From Tubulanus polymorphus (Eukaryota; Animalia; Nemertea), in contig NC_134027.1 of assembly GCF_964204645.1 (NCBI RefSeq), positions 9,456,485 to 9,520,484 of the forward strand: DNA of 64,000 nucleotides. Direction: 5' to 3'. Positions 1 to 10,707 of this stretch are shown in pieces. The position numbers and the translations under genes are program-made. The notes beneath the pieces are model-generated. The model ran no database searches, was not told the origin of the DNA, and worked only from the letters and a program-made list of their open reading frames with translations. Numbering within the stretch: the first letter of the stretch is position 1; the number at the start of each line of letters is the position of its first letter.

Positions 1-427
1 CAATATTAAATGAAAAAACTAAACGAGAATTTGACGTTTCGAGCCAATTCTACAGGCCATTTTCTAAGACATGAAAATGGCCCATAGAATTGGCCTGAAG
101 TTAAAATTGAAAGAGATTATATTCTCCAATATTCAGATTGCTGTCCAGCTTACTTTAGCTTTTTACTACAAGCAAGTAATTTCATATAGGCGAAAAGTGA
201 ATAAATTGAAAGCCAAGTTTCAAGTTGAACATCCTTTTCTTTCAATAATAATTTGAATCAGAAATTCGGTCATTTCAGAATCTAATTGCATTGATTTTCA
301 GAATAGGCCTACTACGATAAATAAAATCAACTTTCAATGAAAACAACTAGAGAAACATTCCATCCAATTTTCCACTCATGTTGATGAACCGATGTAAAAG
401 AGAATAAGAAGATTTTCCGTAGCCTAC

Positions 428-518
428 CTTTTCTTTTCATTTGGTAACAACTACCATTGGCTCCACGAGTGTCGAGAATGCTGGCTGCAATAGACAACAC
501 TTCCAGCGATGTCTCCAT
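428..518 (-). CDS. VGLL4: Probable first coding exon of a vestigial-like 4 / Tgi homolog; gene continues off the left edge
   Basis: gccATGG at 518 reads METSLEVLSIAASILDTRGANGSCYQMKRK and ends at a G|GTAGGC donor (427). It resembles the N-terminal motif of VGLL4 (METPLDVLSRAASLV) and Tgi. Only ~30 codons are visible and no TDU motif is in the window. Confidence 0.5.
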
Positions 519-2728
519 GGCAACGATTTTTAAGCAGCCTAGTCGTTTTCCCACACAACTTATAAAGTATTATACATATATATCAGTGTATACATATGAA
601 CACAGCGAATCAGAAACGTTGAATTGATCCTGCAAAGTCAGTCCGCACGAATCTGAAAATATTGTGAAATCATATAAAATTCAAATGAATTGACAGTATT
701 GATGCAATGCTGAATAAATTACAAGCGCTGAAGCTTAAACCACCGCGGTCGCATAGAAACCTACATTACGCAATCAATACACTTCAGACTCGGCTCAATC
801 AATACGTTTTTTTTCAATAAGAATCAATCAACGCGTGTCTAATGTTCGTATTAACCTATCAGCACTCGGGAATTTCACTATGTAGCGTCTATATTACCGG
901 TAGGCCTTCTCCTCAGAAAGATTATGATACTCATTTCCAGTAGATTTTCATACCCCAAGGCGAGTTGTCTTTTTAACTTTGTTATGCTGATTATACGTAC
1001 ATTTTTATAAAGGCGCAATAAAGTATATGAATTGAATTATCTCACAAGTTTGTGTTAATTTGTAATAAACAAAGTAGGCTTTCGTATGATACCAGATTTG
1101 ATGAGGTGGGCCACCAAAATCGTGACCTTTTGACCCCCATATTTCACCCAGAATTGTTTGAAAGGGTATGCCTACTTCAATCCAAAATATGGTCTTTGGT
1201 AAAATGTTGTTTGTTTTGACATGATTTAGGTTTTTAACTCAAACTCTTTAGCAGTAATAATTTCACTTCCAGCCTTAGAAAGAACTGGAGCTCTTGGTTC
1301 TGTCTCATATCCCAAATACTCAAGAATTGAAGATAGGAAGACTTGATTTTGGTATTAAATTTTGAAATCATGGATGTTTAGGCTATCTATGGGTTCAAAT
1401 TAAAAGACAGTCAGGGTGGATTCGGGTGGCTTGAGGAGTAGTAGGTGGGGAGATTTGGGTGGCTTTGCTGAATGCGAAAGGCCTACCAAAATGCTTCAAT
1501 TTATAAGCAAAGGATAATCGGTTATCATGAAACTGAACTGGATCCGTTTATTAAATCCATTAATACAGTATCTTCGTTAATCTACCAGTAAGTTCATAAA
1601 GTTGAAATATTCAAGTTCTAAGAATTTCCAGATAACAGTGTTCAAAGAACATGGTATGAATTAGACTTAGGCCTACACAGCAGCCAAGTTAACAAATTGA
1701 CAACAATCAATGGCAGCCCTGAATAGTTTCATAATCTATTTGACTGAATGGTTTACATATGGGCAAATTCTAAAAGATAATCACCATTGATAAAACACTA
1801 TTTCCACGCTGTTACGATAATATAAAGAGAATCCTACAATAATAATGAAAAACAAAGTCCAAAAATGTGTTCCTGAACATAACTAGGCCTATTAGAATAT
1901 AAGCTTAGGGCCTAGTTGAAACGTCGAATAAACTACTAGCTCTAGGAAACACTTTCAGATTTAGTTTTTCATCATTATTGTGGGATTCTCTCTGTGTTAT
2001 CTAAAAAATAATGAAAATACTTAGGATTGTTTAGACTTAATTTAAAGTCGAACGAACCTTAATTTCAGTCATCTCAAACAACCGGCAGTGGGGGATAGAC
2101 CGTACATTAATGTAATGCATTTCATGAATGAAACTTAATTAAGAGATATGATGTAGGCCTAGAACCGTTGTTCTGTTCTTTTGCCAATCTGTCTTGGGTC
2201 ACTGACTAGAAAATAGGCCAATGAACATGGAATGAAGAAAAGAGTGGAAGATTGATAATGATACTCAGATAGAGAGTAGACATGTAGACTAACTAGTAAC
2301 TGGTTGTTAGAAATTCTGCCAATTCCGACCAGGCAGTTCCAATTGAACATGAAATTAAACCGATGTATATAGCCTTCCGAAATCCAAATCAAGGACCCTC
2401 AAAATCATTTACGTAAGACGATAAAGAGACGGTATTTACTTACATTTTTGTTTCACCATTAAAGCTCATCCAGTAATAATGTATAAATTCAATTCAATAC
2501 GAATTGCAATCACTACAAATTGCAAAATTCTATCCACGAAAAGTTCAAAGAAATTAGCGAATAAATTATATCAGATCGCGTATAAATTTCAGATCTTTAT
2601 TTTTTTTAGATAAATATACAAATAATTATATTATTAGTACTTAAAAGCTTAGAAAAATACGTTATTAAAACAATGAGATATATTTCGTCGTTTCGACTCA
2701 AAGTTTGATGCAAAGAACTGTTTAAAAA

Positions 2729-2738
2729 CACTTCCGGG
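2729..2738. promoter_or_regulatory. ETS/GABP-type CACTTCCGG motif in the promoter upstream of TMEM143
   Basis: cacttccggg ~120 bp upstream of the TMEM143 ATG. Single motif match only. Confidence 0.3.
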
Positions 2739-2852
2739 TTCCAATTTTTTCATAAACCTGCTGTAAATTGAATGTTTTCATTATTCTTTTCACGTCCTAA
2801 CTGAGATTTTTCTGATGTTTATGACCATTTAGATAAAAATTTTTGTTTGAAT

Positions 2853-5800
2853 ATGGCCAGTGTTCTCAATGCACTAAGAGGTGGTAAGCTGGCCGCAGCG
2901 GCCCGACAACAACATTTACTCCGCCCGCCGCTGCACTGCTGCTGCTGGGTTGTACCAGTGTCATCGCAAACATCTTCATCGTCTCAAAAAGCTGCTGCGC
3001 TTAAGTTGATTGGAGCCAATGGTGAATTGGAATTTTGCAATCGGCAATTCTGCCATGATGCCGGCCAGTATAGTCGTCCTATAACGGTAATCATTAAAGG
3101 CCAAGGGTCTATTCTTTTTTTGGGCTCTAAAATCTCTCCAATTCTCATTTGGGATCATGTGACCAGTTTAGGAGAGTGTGTAGCTCCCCAAACTCTTTCA
3201 GCTAGTAAAATGGTTGGTTTGGAGTTATAAAATGGCCACCATTGGAATCTCCATTTCGATTGGTTGTCGAGTTAGATCGTCTGCTTATTTAGAACCTTCT
3301 TAGACTCAAACCGGCATATTTTGTTCCTAGAAATTTGAGGGCCTAAGACGAAAGACCCTAGTTGTCATCCTTACTGATGAATCAGTACCATTCAAATGTA
3401 GCATGTGCTTATCACTTTCTACTTTGAAGTTGGATGAGCCCAGGCCTCTAGGCCGACCTACTTGTGAAAATTTTAGATTTTTAAACATAAGTTAAACCAC
3501 ATACAGGTTACTGACTTTCTACTAAAATGAAAGACCCTAGTTCTCGTCTAATCGCTGATGAATCAGTACTGTTCCAATGTAGCCCTTGTTTTGAAGTTCT
3601 ACTTTGAAGTTGGATGGGCTTATAGGCCTACCAACTTCAGTTAGTGAAAATATCTGATTTTTAAACAAAAGTTAAACCACATACAGGTTACTGACTAAAT
3701 CTACTAAAACGAAAGACCCTAGTTATCGTCTAATCACTGATGAATCAGTACTGTTCCAATGTAGCCCTTGTTTTGAAGTTCTACTTTGAAGTTGGATGTT
3801 CTTATAGGCCCACCAACTTCGGTTTCTGAAAATATCTGATTGTGAAACAAAAGTTAAAGCACATACTGGTTACTGGCTTTCTACTAGAGTTCCTAGCTAC
3901 TAGGGGGTGACGGTTAGATATCGCCATTGAGGAGGCTTAAACTGCAGGAACCGGATCCATAGGGCTAACACATCAGAAATGAACCAATTTTAACTCTAGA
4001 CTCAGAAGAACTAAGGAATTCGGTTCAAGTAAATTCAAAAATACCTGCAGTTCTGTTTTGAAATAGATGTACCCAGTAACGATATGATGTATTTGTTTAT
4101 TGTCTATAGGTGGTAAACCGGAAATACCAAACAATCGAATTGAATTTCCTACGCAATATCACAACCGCATCGGAATCCGACAAGCGACTTGCGAAATTAA
4201 CAGATGAATTAATCGAACCAGAATTTCACTTTAGGTTAGTTTCAGTTCGTAACAATTTCACCAGTTAGAATTTCAGTAAATACAACCATTAAGCCACTAT
4301 GTCGGTGATAAGATGAATATTTTGAACCCTAACTTACGGACTTTCATATCAAGCCATCGATTATCATCGACGCTTCATTTCAGGGAACGATTTATTCCGA
4401 TAACTCGACGATCGCTCATTCGCCATCTAATGCAAGAAAAGGATTTCCTCATGGAAGATGAAAAGAAGATTTTCGAACGATTTTCTCTTGGCATCGACGG
4501 AGCGGTCGTCAACAAATACCACGGCATACTTCAAGAGTTAAAGGTGAATGTTTGATTTGAGATATAGGATAAAGGATATATGTTATAGGAGATTTAGGAT
4601 AATTGGACTGCAAAGGCTCAATCCTTAGCAGTTGGTCTTCGGGGCAGCAATCTCCTCCACAACGATGCAATTAGAATTTTTAGCCTCTTCTTCTCACAAG
4701 TAAATCAATTATCAATACATTGTAGGCTCTATAATCTATAGCCTTATACACATACACTGATTACAGATGTCAATCTTGTTTTTTTAATGGGTTAAAATGA
4801 TAGTATGTATATGGATTAAAGAACGTGAAAATCCACTTTAAATTTAGGTAAAATTAGCTTATACTTAATCAACATTTTGATTGAATATGAACTGATTTTG
4901 ATAAGTTTGAGACCAACCATTGTTAACATTGTCAGGTTGGGTAACATGATTTATGGAAGCCCTGTACATATCTTCATGACGAAAACACTGGAAGGGTGTA
5001 ATTTTAGGACAAACCGCTATAAAATGCTCCTCTTATTTGTTTCATGCAGATGTTATTTGATCCGATCAATCCCGATAAAGACACGATCACAACTCGTCAA
5101 TGGAATCAACGTGAACGCATCGATAATGAATTCTGGCTGCTACAGAAACTTTCGCATATCATGGAGAAAGCGAATTTCCATGAGTTAGCCAAGCCGACCA
5201 TCCATAAAGCATTAGCCGAACACAGCACGCGCGAAGGTGTCATGGTATGTATGTACTCTGATGTGAACTCTGACGAAGAAGTAATGCCCGAGATGGTTTT
5301 GTGTCAAAGGATTCCCTAATTCTATTTGATACCTTAGACTAATTGAGAATAATGAAAATCTGGAACAAATTGTTATCTGCATTTAAGCATTGCGCAGACA
5401 TTCTTGCCTAATCTAACTCAGTGCTCAGTTGATGCAGATTCAATGCATCATTGCATTTTGACAGACGTTCTGCTCCATTGAAGTAAAAAACCCACAAAAA
5501 GAAAAAACTAAGAAAATATTTTGACTCAATTGCATGCTGTACTACAAGAGCCAATTTCAAAACTGATTTACCAGTATTATGCAAGTGCAGCTGTAACAAT
5601 AAGACTTCAATTGAAATAGATATTTACTTGTCAATAAAAACCAATTCTTTTCTGTCCCAGGTTTCTCTGATTCTCTGTTCTTTTCTGTTATAGGTCAGCG
5701 TTAATCCCGATAAGTACGATGTGCTACGTTTTTGGGCGCTCGGTAAGGAAACGCCCAAGCAGATATTCCCGTGGTATAAACGCATTTTCTACCGGCTATC

Positions 5801-7046
5801 AGGTCGGCCGGTTCCCGTGCCGCTCGAGTATTACAAACGTATCGTCGCGGCCGTCCGTCTGCGAAAAGACAGCAAACTCATATTGAAAATGTTCAAAGAA
5901 GTGCCGATAAATGCGCTCGAGCAACTTCTGCCGGACGGCAAGATAAAGATGACGAAATTCGATCAGGGCATATTGACGTTGACGATATCGATAGGTATGA
6001 TCGGCGTGATGGTGAAATTTGTCACGATGTTAGCTCACTTTCACGTTCAATGGTCTTTGATTATGACGGGAGCCGCCGTTCTCGTCGCTGCTCGTTCGTG
6101 GACCGTTTACAAGAATAAGCGAAACTTGTACTTGGCCGATTTGAATCGCATGCTGTACTACAAGAACCTGGCGAATAATCGCGGTCTGTTGACGTTGCTG
6201 GTCGACCGAGCCGAAGACGAAAGTTTCAAGGAAGCTTTGCTCGCGTACACGTTCCTGTTGACGCGCAGGCCTCCATCTTCCTTACAGCAGGCCAGTGATA
6301 GCGAATCGTTGCCAGCTGAAATCGGTAATTAATTGTGATTTAAATAAAAGGATACCTTGTTTCTCCTAATCGGCTGGGTCATTTTGTAAACCACAATAGA
6401 ATTTGTAATCAGTTAATTTCTATAGTTGCCGGGTCTGTTATTGTTGCTCAGCTGAAAGGAGAAACTAGGAATCAATTTCTTTTAGCCTAATCGTAAGGTA
6501 CTAGATATTATTTTGTAACTTGTTACAACTTCTTCTCGCATATTGAAATGATTTACCAGTGTATATTTGATGTTATATTATCTAGATAATTACTTATAAC
6601 TAGATTACTTGGTAACTGATTTTAACTTTATATCTTGAAAACACTGGTGAAACCTTGATAAGACAACCATCAATTGAAAATATTTTATACGACGTTGAAA
6701 TCCACTAAAAAGATTCTGTTAATTTTCAGGCGGCATTCCTACAGAGCAACTAGAATATCTCGTCGAAAACTGGATCTCGGAAAAGGCCGGCGTCCGCATT
6801 GAATTCGATTCCGAAGAGGCAGTGAACGTTTTAAAAGGATTCGGTCTACTGTCTGAAGTCGACGACAAACTTTTCGTACTTCCGCTTGAGACGGCGTCTC
6901 GTCACCTGCCCCAACAGCCGGAGTCGATCATTCTCCGCGATGACGAAATCGACGACATCGAAGGCTACGATCGCGAGAAATATCGCGAGACGGAAACGAA
7001 GTTGAAAGACGAGGAGAAGAAAGCGCGTCGATTTGGTTGGTTTTGA
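2853..7046 (+). CDS. TMEM143: Transmembrane protein 143 (DUF3754 family), ~553 aa
   Basis: Exons 2853-3086, 4110-4234, 4384-4543, 5050-5244, 5694-6324, 6730-7046. All GT-AG with consistent phases, total 1662 nt. Motifs FRERFIP, LFDPINPDKDT, LKMFKEVP..ALEQLLPD, two hydrophobic helices, LYYKNLANNRGLL...RAEDE..KEALLAY. The N-terminus is Arg/Ala/Leu-rich, like a mitochondrial presequence. Confidence 0.9.
3346..3886 (+). repeat. Tandem repeat, 3 x ~180 bp, in TMEM143 intron 1
   Basis: Units start with gaaagaccctagtt (~3350, ~3529, ~3710). Each has ctgatgaatcagtac, ctactttgaagttggatg and aagttaaaccacatacaggttactgac. Confidence 0.9.
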
Positions 7047-7650
7047 TGGAAAACTATGTAACTAGTTTTCGAGAATGAATTATTATACGTTTATTGTCAT
7101 CGATGCAATCAATTATGTGCTCAAAGATCGGAGGAAAGGGATGGGAAATAAAAAGATTTCGAGTTCAGTTTTCATCGTTGAGTATTAGGGCAGCATGAAT
7201 GTGCGTTCGAGAAATCTATAAAATATTGTGCTATAATCGGTTCAAGTTTAGCAATAACGATTACAGAAATTTGCGAACTCGAAAAAACATAAAAGTTGCC
7301 TTTGTTTTCTGAAAACAAAGATGAACTATTTCAGTATAAATATGTTGGATTACAATGAAGTTAATTTATTGAGGATTGTGCTTTATTCGTGGTTAAATCG
7401 GAGAATGATAAATACTTTTACTGTGGTTTTTCTTACGCCAACTAGTGATGCTATTGAAGTAGAAAGTGAAAGTAAAAGTTCACTGTTTTGAAGGGCAATG
7501 AATTATAGCTTAAAGAAAGGTTTCTTAGTCATGAATAAAGTTGTGTTATATGTAATTGAATTTATTTTACTTAACTGAATGAATATTGAATATAGGCTTC
7601 TGTTTATGACTCCACCAGTCTCATTGGTAAATAATCTCCTTTTGTATCAA

Positions 7651-8046
7651 CAGGGTTCCTACAGATCAGTGATTCCTGTAGTTTTAAAGGAGAAAATTTT
7701 AAATTTCGAGGAAGTCTTTATAACTTTTATGTCTCAATTATTGCACACTCCTAAATCTGTTGTTTATTCCAGTAAACCATTAATTCTGTGGTTTTGAAAG
7801 CAAATTCTTAGCCTTAACATTACTTAAACTTGGTGCCGTATTCGGCACCTGCCTTATTGGGTAAAAACACATCCAGGTTCTAACTGTATCGATTTAGGGG
7901 TAGTCTACTGTACGACTACAAGCTAGACAGAAATTTCTAATTGAAGTTTTGGGCTTTTTGCTCAAATTAAAGGAGTTTAAAGCATGTTTGAAAGCATTTT
8001 CCATTTGAAGGAGTTTTTAAGGAATAAATGAGTCGCAGGGACCCGG
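7651..8046. mobile_element. ~400-bp non-autonomous DNA element with CAGGGT(T/C)CC termini (hAT-like)
   Basis: Starts cagggttcctacagatc and ends gagtcgcagggacccgg. Shares internal blocks (ttttaaaggagaaaattt, ctcctaaatc, aaaccattaattctgtggtttt, gtctactgtac.actaca) with copies at ~38739-38970, 45014-45440 and ~59716-60010. No TSD seen. Confidence 0.7.
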
Positions 8047-9049
8047 ATTAATAGTTTTCTGTATTGATGAAAAAATGGAAGAAAATCATCCCATCACAGA
8101 TTATCCAATTTCAGGACGGTCAGTGTACCAGGAAGTCACGAAATTCTTTGTTAATCCTGGTTAATTATCATTACAATGTTCCACTGTACTGCCATTCATT
8201 TCCAGGAGTTGACAAAGTTTATAAACCAAACTAAGGAACCTCTTTTTACAGTAGGCACCACTCGAACAGATGTCACAAGGAAAATTTGGATTCATTCTTC
8301 AAAATCAACAGAAAATAATCAAGCAAATCAATCAAATAAGAATAATCGAGTTTATTTAGAAATTAATGTGTTGTTTGTTACATCAGAAATGTTCCACATG
8401 GCAAGTACTCTGGTACAATATAGATAGTAAAACATCAAGCTGTAAGTCAAAAACGCATAGAAATACGTATGACCAAATTTTGGAAAAAAAAAACCCAAAA
8501 AAAACAAACCAAAACCCTTCAACAAAAAGCCTAGAAAGACTATATATCTAAAGGTGTTGTTACTGAGAGACAGGCTAATGTGCTTTAAACTAAATAGTCC
8601 CAAAATATTGTAATATGGACATTAAAGCTAATATTTTTATGATATTCATCATAGTGACGAACTTTTCAGCTAAGCAATCTAGGTAAAATAATCTAATAAA
8701 ATCAGGTCTTCATTCTTGAATAAATATAATAATTCGATATATTCATATATTATCATTACCTATATACATATTTATATATTTGATTTATTTGCACACGCAT
8801 TCTCAAATTCTAGTTAATGTGTAAAATCATGATGATTTTTCAGATTAAAAAAAGTTTTTTGTTTTCCTCATCTTATTTGAGCGATAGCTCAAAGATGGAG
8901 TACATGTAGTTAAAAAAAAAAGCGTATGCTACAATAGACTCCGATTGCCTCAGAACTCAGGCCTGCGAGGTACACGTAACACAAATTCCGGGGCAGCCTG
9001 AGTAGAGATGGGTCGTTCATGTGATGAATTGCACTATTAGAACATGGTA

Positions 9050-9261
9050 CAGTAAACAGTTGCGTAAGTCATATAGGTGAAAGTCGGATAATCGCTTAAA
9101 TCAGATGAATATTAATGGTCCCAACTTTTGGTTCTCTTTTTCAAAGAAATCGATATTCCAAAGTTGGAAACTCGCCTATTTCACTTATCTAAAGTCGGAT
9201 TGGTTCTAAGTCGGAGGACTTTTCTTGGCCCCAAAAGATACGATTTAAGCAAGGTTTACTG
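9050..9261. mobile_element. Tc1/mariner(pogo)-type MITE
   Basis: TA|cagtaaac...gtttactg|TA: terminal inverted repeats with TA duplication. Confidence 0.65.
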
Positions 9262-9537
9262 TACGTGCAATATACTGTCTGCAGTACGTGATAATTTGGG
9301 GCAACCAACTCTAGGATGAACAGAGTCTACTGTACAATCATTAAATCAACTGAATAATAATAATGATCAATCTGAAAATCTGATGCACAAATTGAAAAAA
9401 CATTATCTTATATCAACCATTAATAAAAAGAAAGTACCATATAATTCAGTAGCAACGGTACACTAATCATTCGCAATCATTCCATTAAGAATTTATGTAC
9501 AGTCAGCATTCTATACAAAGCACTGTCTAGCTGCTTA

Positions 9538-9605
9538 AGCCTAGTTCTCGCGAGCAGTTTGCAGCTCGCAGGAAAAAGCTAGCTGGAAACAGCGAAAACC
9601 AGGCT
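9538..9605. mobile_element. 68-bp PIF/Harbinger-like mini-MITE
   Basis: TTA|agcctagtt...aaccaggct|TTA. Termini resemble those of the 25112-25611 element. Confidence 0.5.
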
Positions 9606-10707
9606 TTACAGAAGATTCATTTTTCCCCTTAGAGTTTTGATCACAAGAGATAATAGTATTAATATTCCATAGGATATACCAAAGATGTTTTTTTAAGTGA
9701 AATATACATGGCGTATTTGCCAGCTTTTATTTTTTTCGGGATGGAACTCAGTAAAAGCCGTCTACACAAGGATTTTCAACCTTTTATAGCTTTCGCGGCT
9801 TAATCAAGACCTACGAGCAATCATCTAAATGCCGAGATGATTGCTTGAGTGAGGACAAGGCAGCAAACATGTACATACTGCCTTTTGATACATGTCGTTG
9901 GTTTAATAGTTTTTACTAATCTCTTCAATGAGACCAGTTGAATTACTTGAATAAACTTCCCTGATAGTCTACAGAGATGTAAGTGGCAAACCCAAAATAA
10001 AACCTGAAATGGCAAAACACCAAAGAAATGAATATTGGAGAGCGCTTCATTCCATCGTGTCAAATTGGATAACCGACATATTTCAGCGGAAATCCATCTA
10101 AAAACGGAAAATTTGCATCTCTGAATCTATAAATCATGAGTTCTTGGACAGGTTTTAATACCTATTCTGAATATTTCATGTTGAGACAATGTTTAGGCAA
10201 TTCACAAGCACTGACCCAGGGAAAAGAAGCACTAGAAGCAACATCAAACCCTAGAAAACATAACACAATATCAGATTGCTACCAACACGCATTTCCAAAT
10301 CCTTGTACCTTCTGAGTTGTTTGGTCCCAACACTGCCAGTAAGATGGCACAGTATAGGGTAGCTCATATAAACAATGGGGAACCTCCAAAGCTCCTGTGG
10401 CAAGCAAGGATCCACCAGGTTTGCTAGAAGTTAATCAATCTTCCAAATTTTTCTACTTTTCAATGTAAACCAAATGAATTTTTCTCTTCAAAAGATCATT
10501 GGTAATGATAACTATACCCCTATCTGAGTAGAAAAAAAAAGGATTTGAGGTATATTTGGTGGGTTATATGATAATGTACAGATCCAGGAGCCTAAAAATT
10601 CAGTTAGAAGTTCAATGATTACGACCTGATCTTGACAACTAAAGACTTAGCGTTCATCACACCATCTTCCAGGATAGATGGTGTTGCAGCTCCCCATTGT
10701 ATTGAGA

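Noticed and set aside
3346-3886. CRISPR-like array
   Set aside because: Eukaryotic context; the units are homologous along their full length with no unique spacers.
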